From Dehalococcoidia bacterium (GTDB lineage Bacteria > Chloroflexota > Dehalococcoidia > UBA6926), in assembly GCA_963666115.2 (NCBI GenBank), contig CAXXET010000006.1, positions 160,001 to 224,000 of the forward strand: a stretch of 64,000 bases of DNA. Direction: 5' to 3'. This document shows positions 47,355-56,036 of this stretch, piece after piece. A program made the position numbers and the translations under genes. The stretch's first letter is position 1. Each line of letters starts with the position of its first letter. The notes beneath the pieces are model-generated. The model did not search any database. It saw only the letters and a list, made by a program, of their open reading frames with translations, and was not told the DNA's origin.

Positions 47355-48512
47355 ATGCAACGCCTGGCGGGCAGCCCGAGGGGGCGCCTGGTTTCTATTC
47401 CGGCGGGCATCGACGCGTTCGTGCCGCACCCGCTGCCGCGGGAGATGTCGATGAGCGGGCCGCTTATTCGCCTCATTGCGGAGGCGTCTGAGGCTGTTGG
47501 CGTTCTCTCCGGCGTCGGGGAGACCATGCCGAACCCGCGCCTGCTTTTGCGTCCCCTGATGCGGCGCGAAGCCACGCTGTCGTCGCGCATCGAGGGCACC
47601 GTTTCAACCCTGACGGACGTGCTGGGCTACGAGGAGGGGCGGCAAGCGCGCTTCATCGATGACGCGCAGGAGGTCGTCAACTATGTCGTTGCCCTGGAGC
47701 ACGGCATTGAGCGTCTCAGCGAGCTGCCGATCTCGTACCGGCTGGTCAACGAATTGCACGCGATCCTGATGCGCGACGTGCGCGGGCAGGACATGACGCC
47801 GGGCGACTTCCGGGATCTGCAGGTCTACATCGGGTCGGCGTACAGCGGCATCCGGGGCGCGCGGTACGTTCCGCCCCCGCCGCACCTGCTGGAGGAGTTG
47901 TTCCGCGACCTCGAGGCGTTCATCAACGATGCCGACTCGCCCTTGCCCGCGCTGATGCGCTGCGCCCTGATCCATTACCAGTTTGAGGCGATTCACCCGT
48001 ACCGCGACGGGAACGGCCGGATTGGCCGCCTGCTGATTTCGCTCTTCCTCCAGGCTGTCGGCTCGCTAACGGCGCCGCTGCTGTATCTGAGCGCGTATTT
48101 CGAGCGTGACCGGATGCGGTACTACGATGAGCTTCTGAACGTGAGCGCGACGGGCGACCTGGAGCGGTGGGGGGCGTACTTCCTGGAGGGCGTCACAATT
48201 GAGGCGCGCGATACGGTGGCGCGGATTCGGCGTCTCCGGGAACTGCTGGATGAGTGGCGGGAGCGGCTGCTGTCGCGCCGGTCCGCCGCCAATGATCTGC
48301 GGCTGCTCGACGTTATCTTTGGGCGTCCAGTCATAACGGTGAACGGGGCGGCGGAGGCGCTGGGCGTGACGACGGTGGGCGTGCGACGGGTGCTGGACCG
48401 GCTTATTGACGCGGGGATGCTGCGGCGGGATCCGCGGACGCGGCCTGCGCTGTATATTGCAGACAGGGTCATCGAGGAGTTGGAGCGACCCAACGCGCTG
48501 GCGGCAGATTAA
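47355..48512 (+). CDS. Fic-family protein with N-terminal inhibitory motif and C-terminal HTH
   Basis: HYQFEAIHPYRDGNGRIGR catalytic motif; EATLSSRIEGT (S/T-xxx-E-G) motif. Confidence 0.93.
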   Translation: MQRLAGSPRGRLVSIPAGIDAFVPHPLPREMSMSGPLIRLIAEASEAVGVLSGVGETMPNPRLLLRPLMRREATLSSRIEGTVSTLTDVLGYEEGRQARFIDDAQEVVNYVVALEHGIERLSELPISYRLVNELHAILMRDVRGQDMTPGDFRDLQVYIGSAYSGIRGARYVPPPPHLLEELFRDLEAFINDADSPLPALMRCALIHYQFEAIHPYRDGNGRIGRLLISLFLQAVGSLTAPLLYLSAYFERDRMRYYDELLNVSATGDLERWGAYFLEGVTIEARDTVARIRRLRELLDEWRERLLSRRSAANDLRLLDVIFGRPVITVNGAAEALGVTTVGVRRVLDRLIDAGMLRRDPRTRPALYIADRVIEELERPNALAAD

Positions 48513-48525
48513 GTCGGCGACGGCC

Positions 48526-49071
48526 TTAGTTGGCGGTGATTACGCCGCAGGACACCCTGTCGCCGGCAGCGGGGTCATCGCCGTAGGTATCCGGCTTTTC
48601 GTGGATGATGATGGCCGAGCCGTCCTCATCCAGAATCGAGTTGTCCCGATCCGGGGCCAGGGTTATCGCCTTGTGGAAGACTTCGGCGCGGGCCGTTCCG
48701 TCCGCAGCGGCGTGGATGTTGGGCATATCGCCGGGGTGGGCGCCTCCCTCGTCCATGAAGCCGTGCCCGGTTTCATCCGGCGCGAAGTGGCCGCCTGCTG
48801 CGGTAAAGTCCGGCGAGCATTCGCCGACTCCGTGAAGGTGGAAGGCGTGCCAGCCGGGGGCGAGGCCAGACACGTCGGCGGAAACGAGGACGCCGTTGGG
48901 TCCTTGCGTCAGGGTCACGGTTCCCATCGCGGCGCCGTCCGGGGATATCATTTCCGCGCCGGCCTGTTCACCGACAGGCAGGGACTCTTCCGTGTCACAT
49001 CCCATCGCGCCAAGCATTACGAGGAATGCGGATAACGCGACGATGAAGGCGAGTCGTGGATTCACGTTCAT
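48526..49071 (-). CDS. sodC: Cu/Zn superoxide dismutase family lipoprotein
   Basis: HAFHLH, AGGHF, HPGDMPN, IIIHE, GDRVSCGVI; lipobox AMGC; RBS AAGGAG. Confidence 0.92.
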   Translation of the reverse strand: MNVNPRLAFIVALSAFLVMLGAMGCDTEESLPVGEQAGAEMISPDGAAMGTVTLTQGPNGVLVSADVSGLAPGWHAFHLHGVGECSPDFTAAGGHFAPDETGHGFMDEGGAHPGDMPNIHAAADGTARAEVFHKAITLAPDRDNSILDEDGSAIIIHEKPDTYGDDPAAGDRVSCGVITAN

Positions 49072-49211
49072 GCGGCACACTCCTTTTCGCAGGTCATGCG
49101 TTGGCGCGATGGACGAGGTCTGGGGTTACTCTTCGAAGAGTCGCGGCTATTGTACCTGATTGGGGCGGTGGGGTTGACGGATGCGTACAAACGATCAACG
49201 ATCCGATCACG

Positions 49212-50135
49212 ATGCAGCGTGCAGATGATTGGTCTCTCGAACGCGACCTGGCGACTACGGCGATTCCCGCATGGGAGTCGCATGACGGCAAATCGGCTCT
49301 CTATTGGGGGGATGCGCTGGAGATGCTGGCGGGGATTCCGGACAACTCCATCGACTGCGTGTGGACCGATCCTCCGTATCTGTTGTCCAACGACGGCATC
49401 ACGTGCGTCGGCGGGCGCATGGTGAGCGTCAACAAGGGCGAGTGGGATCGCAGCCAGGGTCTTGAGGCGGACCACGAGTTCAATTTGGTGTGGACGGCTG
49501 AGGCGTACCGTATTCTCAAGCCGACCGGCACGATCTGGGTGTCCGGCACGCTGCACGTCTACCCGAGTGTCGGGATGGCCTTGCGGCAGAACGGTTTTCG
49601 GCTGCTGAACGATATTGTTTGGGAGAAGACAAACCCGCCGCCGAATCTCGGACGGCGCACCTTCACGCACTCAACGGAGGTTGTTCTGTGGGCGAGCAAG
49701 GCGGAGAAGGGCAGCAAGCATCGCTACGTGTTCAATTACGACGAGATGCGTGAGGAGAACGGTGGCAAGCAGATGCAGACGGTGTGGAAATTCGGTGCGG
49801 CGGGCCGCGCGGAGAAGAAGCATGGCAAGCATCCGACGCAGAAGCCGGTTGCGCTGATAGAACGATGCCTGCGGGCGAGCACGAATCCCGGTGACGTGGT
49901 GCTTGACCCATTCGCGGGATCAGGCAGCACAGGCGTGACGGCGCTTGGACTGGGCCGCTCGTTCATCGGGTTTGAGTCCGTCGAGGAGTACGTAGAGATG
50001 GCTGCTCGGCGCCTCAGCCACGCTACCCCCCCCCCCCCCCCCCCCCCCCCATTTATGTCAAATACGGATGGGGCGGGCGAGGAGTCACTTTCGCCAAAGC
50101 TGCTTGAGCGCCCGTCACGCTATGGGGGCAACTAG
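49212..50135 (+). CDS. N6-A/N4-C DNA methyltransferase, beta class (DpnA/MboIB-like)
   Basis: TDPPY, LSNDGITC...MVSVNKGEWD, HPTQKP, LDPFAGSGST; C25 tract at 50026-50050; start uncertain. Confidence 0.92.
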   Translation: MQRADDWSLERDLATTAIPAWESHDGKSALYWGDALEMLAGIPDNSIDCVWTDPPYLLSNDGITCVGGRMVSVNKGEWDRSQGLEADHEFNLVWTAEAYRILKPTGTIWVSGTLHVYPSVGMALRQNGFRLLNDIVWEKTNPPPNLGRRTFTHSTEVVLWASKAEKGSKHRYVFNYDEMREENGGKQMQTVWKFGAAGRAEKKHGKHPTQKPVALIERCLRASTNPGDVVLDPFAGSGSTGVTALGLGRSFIGFESVEEYVEMAARRLSHATPPPPPPPPFMSNTDGAGEESLSPKLLERPSRYGGN

Positions 50136-50138
50136 ACC

Positions 50139-50564
50139 ATGGCAAGCCGGCGTGATACGACGACAGGGGACGTCATGGAGCAGATGGTTCAACTCGCCCT
50201 CGCGCATGGTCAATACAAGTGCGAGCGCGGCAAGACTGTCGGAACACGTCTTGGGGTTGGGCGGCACAAGATTGACACATATGCGGAGGATCAGCGCGGG
50301 CGCGTCCATCTGATCTCACTGAAGTGGCAGCAGGTGGGGGGAACGGCTGAACAGAAGATTCCGTTTGAGGTCATATCGCTCATTGACCTGCTGCTCAAGG
50401 ACGAGAGCTATTACAAGGCCCACTTGGTGCTGGGCGGGGACGGGTGGCGCTACAAGGATTTCTACGTCAATGGCGGCCTCAAGCCGTTCATACGCAACGC
50501 GGACAGGGTGAACATCACAACGCTGGACGCATTTGTGGGCGCGGCGAACCGGGGACTTCTGTAG
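50139..50564 (+). CDS. Small PD-(D/E)XK nuclease, putative cognate restriction enzyme
   Basis: HKID...LISLKWQQVGGTAEQKIPFE; starts 3 nt after the methyltransferase stop. Confidence 0.7.
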   Translation: MASRRDTTTGDVMEQMVQLALAHGQYKCERGKTVGTRLGVGRHKIDTYAEDQRGRVHLISLKWQQVGGTAEQKIPFEVISLIDLLLKDESYYKAHLVLGGDGWRYKDFYVNGGLKPFIRNADRVNITTLDAFVGAANRGLL

Positions 50565-50577
50565 TTGGTGGTGCGCG

Positions 50578-50799
50578 ATGCCGGAGGAAAAGTCTGCCGC
50601 CGACTGCCCAGAGCACCATGGACAGAGCAACTCACACAGTCGGTTGCCTCTAGATCACGTGATGAGAGGTTTGCCGGATAATCAATCGGGCATGGGGCGT
50701 CACAAGTGCCCGTACTGCGCCTACCGGCGCGGTTATCAGCAGGCAGTGGAGGATGTAAGGTCCTGGACTGACGAACACCTGCGACAACCCAACTCGTAA
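50578..50799 (+). CDS. Small Cys/His-rich hypothetical protein
   Basis: CPEHH...LPDNQSGMGRHKCPYCAYRRGY; 13 nt after the nuclease gene. Confidence 0.55.
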   Translation: MPEEKSAADCPEHHGQSNSHSRLPLDHVMRGLPDNQSGMGRHKCPYCAYRRGYQQAVEDVRSWTDEHLRQPNS

Positions 50800-50825
50800 C
50801 GCAGTTGGTGAGTGCGGGGGCGCTT

Positions 50826-50971
50826 TAGATTCTTCGACTCCGCTGCGCTGCGCTCAGAATGACAGACCCGATGGATTCCGGCCTTCGCCGGAATGACGGA
50901 GTTAGGCGTGGGGGATTCGCGTGGGTTCGCTGTGACGGGTTCACACTTCGACTGCGCTCAGGGTGAACGGG
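50826..50971. repeat. Palindromic repeat cluster (types B, A variant and C variant)
   Basis: TAGATTCTTCGACTCCGCTGCGCTGCGCTCAGAATGAC; GATTCCGGCCTTCGCCGGAATGACGG; CTTCGACTGCGCTCAGGGTGAACGG. Confidence 0.85.
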
Positions 50972-51011
50972 TCGGGGCGGTGAACCAAGGTCATTGTAGG
51001 GCCGGCCCGCC

Positions 51012-51233
51012 TTAGAGCACGAGCGCGTCTACTGTGGTATTCAAGGCTTCCGCGATGCGGGAGAGGACGCGAACGGAGCCTGTCTTGTGTCCACGCTCGA
51101 TTTCGGACAGGTAGCTCGGGCTGACCTTGGCGATTCCCGCAAGCTGCCGCAGGGTTAGTCCGCGGTGGCGGCGAAAGGCCTCGACCGGATTCGCGCCCCG
51201 AATAATCTCGACAGCCAAAGCGTGTGGAATCAA
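51012..51233 (-). CDS. XRE-family HTH protein, probably an N-terminally truncated antitoxin
   Basis: GANPVEAFRRHRGLTLRQLA...SYLSEIERG...IAEAL. Confidence 0.75.
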   Translation of the reverse strand: MIPHALAVEIIRGANPVEAFRRHRGLTLRQLAGIAKVSPSYLSEIERGHKTGSVRVLSRIAEALNTTVDALVL

Positions 51234-51366
51234 TTCCGGTACTCCATGCTAGTCATACGCCTCTCTCCGATGCAGCACATGCTCGATTCTCATGATACGC
51301 CCTCTACGTCGTTCGATGGATGGCGCGCACGGGGAGGGGCGAATCGCATACCATCCTAGTAGAGAT

Positions 51367-52548
51367 ATGGGCAGGTTTTGGGAGATATTGTTTGTTGCGG
51401 GGCGGCTGGGGCTGACTTCGTTTGGGGGGCCTATTGCGCATATTGGGTATTTCCGCGAGGAGTACGTTGTCCGGCGCAAGTGGCTGGATGAGGGCACGTT
51501 CGCGGAGTTGATCGCGCTGTGCCAATTCCTGCCGGGCCCGGCGAGCAGCCAGTTGGGGATGGCCGTCGGCATCAAGCGCGGGGGGCTGCTGGGCGGGTTC
51601 GCGGCGTGGCTGGGGTTCACGCTGCCGTCCGCGCTGGCGCTGATCCTGTTCGCGTACGGCGTGCAGGAGCTGGGGGCGCAGGAGAGCGCGGACTGGCTGC
51701 ACGGGCTCAAGATCGTCGCCGTGGCCGTTGTCGCACTGGCGCTGTGGGGCATGGGGCGGACGCTGACGCCGGACCGGACGCGAATCACAATTGCCGTCGT
51801 TGCGGCCGCCGCGCTGTTGCTGACGGGCGGGATCGCCGCGCAGTTGGCGGTGATCGTCGGGGGCGCGATCATGGGCCTGATCGTCCTGCGACCGCCGGAG
51901 CCACGAGCGGATGGCGATGCCGTTTCGAGCGGCGGGACGCGCTCTGCGATGGCGCTGCTCATCGCATTCCTCGTCTTGCTGGCCGTGCTGCCGTTGGCGA
52001 GCAGACTGACGGATAGCCTGGCCGTCGATATTATGGACAGCTTCTATCGAACAGGGTCACTTGTGTTTGGCGGCGGACACGTTGTGCTGCCGCTGTTGGA
52101 GGCGGAGGTTGTGCCGCCGGGGTGGGTGACGAGCGACGAGTTCCTGGCGGGATACGGGGCAGCGCAAGCCGTGCCGGGGCCGCTGTTCACGTTTTCGGCA
52201 TATCTCGGCGCGTCGGTGGACGGGTTGACGCCGCGCTGGGGCGGGGGGCTGCTGGCGCTGGCGGCGATATTCGCGCCGTCGTTCCTGCTGGTACCGGGGG
52301 TGCTGCCGTTCTGGGAGCGTTTGAGGGGCGTGGCGCGGGTTCGGCAGGCGTTGATGGGCGTGAACGCCGCTGTTGTGGGGCTGTTGTTGGCGGCGCTCTA
52401 TGATCCGCTCTGGACCAGCGCCATTGAGACGCCGGCGGACTTTGCCGTTGCGGCGGCGGCGTTCGCGCTGCTGGCGTTTTGGCGCGCGCCGCCGTGGATG
52501 GTGGTTGTGTTGACGGCAATAGCAGGGGCGGCGGTGGCGCAGTGGTGA
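51367..52548 (+). CDS. chrA: Chromate efflux transporter (CHR family, long chain)
   Basis: LGLTSFGGPIAH, CQFLPGPASSQ, GSLVFGGGHVVLP, AQAVPGP. Confidence 0.94.
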   Translation: MGRFWEILFVAGRLGLTSFGGPIAHIGYFREEYVVRRKWLDEGTFAELIALCQFLPGPASSQLGMAVGIKRGGLLGGFAAWLGFTLPSALALILFAYGVQELGAQESADWLHGLKIVAVAVVALALWGMGRTLTPDRTRITIAVVAAAALLLTGGIAAQLAVIVGGAIMGLIVLRPPEPRADGDAVSSGGTRSAMALLIAFLVLLAVLPLASRLTDSLAVDIMDSFYRTGSLVFGGGHVVLPLLEAEVVPPGWVTSDEFLAGYGAAQAVPGPLFTFSAYLGASVDGLTPRWGGGLLALAAIFAPSFLLVPGVLPFWERLRGVARVRQALMGVNAAVVGLLLAALYDPLWTSAIETPADFAVAAAAFALLAFWRAPPWMVVVLTAIAGAAVAQW

Positions 52549-53516
52549 ACGGCATGCTCCGATACATTGGGCTGCGGGTTGCGCTGTTCGTTCCGACGCT
52601 TTTGATTGCGTCGGTTGTTATCTTTGCGGTTCTGCGCGTGCTGCCCGGGGACGTGGTGGACGTGGTACTGGGCGGCTCGGGCGAGGTGGCGCACGATCCC
52701 ATCCAGGTTGAGCGCGCGCGAGAGGAGTTGGGGCTGGATGAGCCGCTGATCGCGCAGTACGGCTCCTGGTTGTGGAGCATGGGGACGGGCGGCTTTGGCG
52801 GCCGTTCGTTCGTCAATCGAGAGCCGATAACGTCGCTTGTGGCGCGGCAGCTGCCGGTAACGCTCCAGCTTGCGGTCTATACGATGCTGCTGGCGGCGGC
52901 GGTGGCGATACCGGTCGGGATTATCGGCGCGGTGCGGCAAGGGCGGTGGGCGGATTTCCTCGTGCGGCTGTTTGCCATTGGGGGGCAGGCGGTTCCGAGT
53001 TTCTTCATCGCCCTATTGGCATTGATAGCCTTGGTCTTGTTGTTTGGGTGGTCGCCCCCCGTCATCTATGACCACGTCTGGCAATCTCCCGTTCGACACG
53101 TCCAGTTGATGGTTTTGCCTGTCGTGATCCTCGCGTGGGGCTATGCGGCGTACCTGACGCGGATGACGCGGGCGGGGATGCTGGACGCGCTGGGGCAGGA
53201 CTATGTCCGCACGGCGCGGGGCAAGGGATTGTCCGAGCGCATCGTCCTGGCGCGCCATGCGCTCCGCAACGCGCTGATACCGGTGCTGAGCGTGGCGGGG
53301 ATACAGGTGGGGGCTTTGTTGGGCGGCGCGGTGGTGATGGAGACGATCTTCGGGCTGCCGGGGATCGGGCGGGGCATCGTGGACGCCGTCTCCGACCGCG
53401 ACTATCCAGTGGTTCAGACGTACGCGATGCTGTTCGTGTTCATCATGCTGACGGTCAATTTGGTCATCGACGTGCTCTATGCGGCGCTCGATCCGCGCAT
53501 CAACTACCGTGACTAG
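52545..53516 (+). CDS. Peptide ABC transporter permease (DppB-like)
   Basis: LPGD, LGLDEP, QDYVRTARGKGL, HALRNA, ETIFGLPGIG, RDYPVVQ, LDPRI. Confidence 0.93.
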   Translation: MNGMLRYIGLRVALFVPTLLIASVVIFAVLRVLPGDVVDVVLGGSGEVAHDPIQVERAREELGLDEPLIAQYGSWLWSMGTGGFGGRSFVNREPITSLVARQLPVTLQLAVYTMLLAAAVAIPVGIIGAVRQGRWADFLVRLFAIGGQAVPSFFIALLALIALVLLFGWSPPVIYDHVWQSPVRHVQLMVLPVVILAWGYAAYLTRMTRAGMLDALGQDYVRTARGKGLSERIVLARHALRNALIPVLSVAGIQVGALLGGAVVMETIFGLPGIGRGIVDAVSDRDYPVVQTYAMLFVFIMLTVNLVIDVLYAALDPRINYRD

Positions 53517-54351
53517 CGCATTCAGGCGCGCCGGACGGAGATTGCGGCGTCATCCCGTCGGAGCGGTCGCTTTCGCGGCGCTCGGCCTGATGGGGCTCGC
53601 AGCGGTATTCGCCGGGCAGCTCGCGCCGTACGACCCGCTTGCGCACGACGAGGCGAACGCGCTGCTGGGGCCGTCCGCCGAGCATCTCTTCGGCACGGAC
53701 AGGTTTGGGCGCGACGTGTTCAGCCGCGTGCTGTACGGAGCACGGATTTCGCTGGTGGTGGGGCTGGTGTCCGTGCTGGCGGGCACGCTGATCGGCACGA
53801 CCATTGGCATCATTTCGGCGTATGCGTCCGGCGTGGCAGACCTGGTCATACAGCGATTCATCGACGCGCTGATGGCGTTTCCGCACCTGCTGATGGCCTT
53901 GCTGCTGGTGGTTGTGCTGGAGCCGTCGCCGGTGAGCGTGATCATCGGCATCGTGGTGGCGTTCGTGCCGCAGGTGGCGCGGATCGCGCGGGCGCAGGCG
54001 CTGTCGGTCAAAGCGGAGCCGTACGTGATGGCGGCGAAATCGTTGGGCGGGAGCCCGACGCGGATTGTCGCGCGGCACGTGTTGCCGAACTCGATCGCGC
54101 CCGTGATCATCCACGCGACGGGATTCATGGAGGGGGCGGTGTTGACCGAGGCGGCGCTGAGCTTCCTGGGGCTGGGCGTGCCACCGCCCGATCCGTCGTG
54201 GGGACGGATGTTGAAGGAGGGATCGGAGGGATTTATGGAGGCCGCGCCGTGGCTGACGATCTTTCCGGGGCTGGCGTTGACGGCGCTGGTTTTCTGCGTG
54301 GCGCTCATCGGGGACGGGGTGCGGGATTTTTTGGACCCGCGGCAGCGGTGA
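53509..54351 (+). CDS. Peptide ABC transporter permease (DppC-like)
   Basis: HLFGTDRFGRDVFSR, HVLPN, EAALSFLGLG, PSWG, GDGVRD. Confidence 0.93.
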   Translation: MTSAFRRAGRRLRRHPVGAVAFAALGLMGLAAVFAGQLAPYDPLAHDEANALLGPSAEHLFGTDRFGRDVFSRVLYGARISLVVGLVSVLAGTLIGTTIGIISAYASGVADLVIQRFIDALMAFPHLLMALLLVVVLEPSPVSVIIGIVVAFVPQVARIARAQALSVKAEPYVMAAKSLGGSPTRIVARHVLPNSIAPVIIHATGFMEGAVLTEAALSFLGLGVPPPDPSWGRMLKEGSEGFMEAAPWLTIFPGLALTALVFCVALIGDGVRDFLDPRQR

Positions 54352-54429
54352 GCATCGTCGGTCTATGATTGCAGGGCATTGGTGACAGGAAGTTGTTGAG
54401 TCACGCGGCTGGGTTGCACATGTGAGTGG

Positions 54430-54484
54430 AGATTCCCGCTTTCGCGGGAATGACGGAGTGAATGCGGGAATGACGGAGTGAATG
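54430..54484. repeat. Type A palindromic repeat with tandem partial duplication
   Basis: GATTCCCGCTTTCGCGGGAATGACGGAGTGAATGCGGGAATGACGGAGTGAATG. Confidence 0.8.
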
Positions 54485-54492
54485 ATGGGTGA

Positions 54493-55173
54493 ATGGCGGG
54501 GATGATGGGCGGCGTGTTGTACGTGGTGGCGACGCCGATTGGGAACCTGGAGGATATTTCGGCGCGGGCGCTGCGCGTGCTGGGCGAGGTTGACCTGATC
54601 GCGGCGGAGGATACGCGGACGACGCGCAAGCTGCTGACGCGGTATGGGCTGCGCGTTCCGATGGTGAGCCTGTTCGATGCGAATGTGCGGCGGCGTGTTC
54701 CGGCGTTGCTCGCGGAGCTTGATGCGGGCAAGAGCATCGCGCTCGTGAGCGAGGCGGGGACGCCGCTGATCAGCGACCCGGGAGCGCAGCTGGTTCGGGC
54801 GGCGGCGGAGGCGGGCCACACGGTGACGCCGATCCCCGGGCCGACGGCCATCGCCGCGCTGCTGTCCGTCGCGGGACTGCCGGCGGATAAGTTCACGTTC
54901 CTGGGGTTTTTGCCGCGGAGGGCGGGACAGCGGCGGCGGTTGCTGGAGGAGGTAGCCGGATTGTCGTGGCCGATTGTGTTGTATGAGTCACCGCATCGCA
55001 TCATCGCGACGCTGGAGGCGTTGGGGGAGGTTTTGGGGGATCGCGAGGTGGTGATCGGGCGGGAGATGACGAAGCTGCACGAGGAGATATTCCGGGGGAC
55101 GGTTTTGGAGGCTGTGGAGCATTTTCAGAAGCCGCGGGGGGAGTTCACGGTGGTGGTGGCGGGACGGGGTTAG
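54493..55173 (+). CDS. rsmI: 16S rRNA (cytidine1402-2'-O)-methyltransferase
   Basis: LYVVATPIGNLEDI, AEDTR, AGTPLISDPG, YESPHR, REMTKLHEE. Confidence 0.96.
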   Translation: MAGMMGGVLYVVATPIGNLEDISARALRVLGEVDLIAAEDTRTTRKLLTRYGLRVPMVSLFDANVRRRVPALLAELDAGKSIALVSEAGTPLISDPGAQLVRAAAEAGHTVTPIPGPTAIAALLSVAGLPADKFTFLGFLPRRAGQRRRLLEEVAGLSWPIVLYESPHRIIATLEALGEVLGDREVVIGREMTKLHEEIFRGTVLEAVEHFQKPRGEFTVVVAGRG

Positions 55174-55187
55174 ATTCTTCGCTGCGC

Positions 55188-56021
55188 TCAGAATGACATG
55201 AGACGGTTGGTCATGGTTTGGATGGCTTCCTCGTTGTTGTCTACCAGGATGAAGCGGCGGTTGTGTTTGGCGGCTGCTTCGCCTGTCGTGCCGCTGCCGG
55301 CGAAGAAGTCCAGGACGAGGTCGCCGGGGTTGGAGTGGACTTTGATGATGCGCTCCAGGATGCCGAGCGGCTTTTGGGTGGGGTAGCCGGTCTTTTCTTT
55401 GCCAGCCGTGGGAACGATGGTGTGCCACCAGACGTCGGTGGGTGTTTTGCCGCGCGCGGCCTTTTCGGGACCGACCAGCCCCGGCGCCATGTAGGGGATT
55501 CGATCCATCTCCTCGTAGTTGAACGTGAAGTCGGAGGGGTCTTTGGCGTACCAGAGGATGTTGTCGTGCTTGGCGGACCAGCGGGATTTTGAGCGCGCGC
55601 CGTAGTCGTAGGCCCAGACGATTTCGTTGATGAAGGAGTCACGCCCGAATATGTCGTCGAGCAGCACCTTGCAGTAGTGGACCTCTCGGTAGTCGACGTG
55701 GAGGAAGAATGAGCCGTTAGGCTTGAGGACGCGCCTGGCTTCGATTAGGCGCGGTTCCAGGAATGCCAGGTAGTCGTCGAAGCTGTCCTGGTATTCGGAT
55801 TTGGCGACGCGTTCTGTGCGGTATCGCCGCCCCTGAAAGCCGACGCGGTCGCCGGAGTCTTCATCGTGCACGGTCTTGATGGACTCGCGGGATTGGGCGT
55901 GGCCGGTGTTGAAGGGTGGGTCGATGTAGATGAGGTCAACGATGGCGGGTGGCATTGTGCGGAGGTAGTCGAGGTTATCCGCTTGGATGATGGTGTTGGG
56001 GATTGTAGTGTGGGGTTCCAT
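55188..56021 (-). CDS. Solitary N6-A/N4-C DNA methyltransferase
   Basis: YIDPPFNTG, NEIVWAY, YPTQKP, LDFFAGSGTT; no adjacent nuclease. Confidence 0.92.
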   Translation of the reverse strand: MEPHTTIPNTIIQADNLDYLRTMPPAIVDLIYIDPPFNTGHAQSRESIKTVHDEDSGDRVGFQGRRYRTERVAKSEYQDSFDDYLAFLEPRLIEARRVLKPNGSFFLHVDYREVHYCKVLLDDIFGRDSFINEIVWAYDYGARSKSRWSAKHDNILWYAKDPSDFTFNYEEMDRIPYMAPGLVGPEKAARGKTPTDVWWHTIVPTAGKEKTGYPTQKPLGILERIIKVHSNPGDLVLDFFAGSGTTGEAAAKHNRRFILVDNNEEAIQTMTNRLMSF

Positions 56022-56036
56022 GGGGTGAGTGTACCC

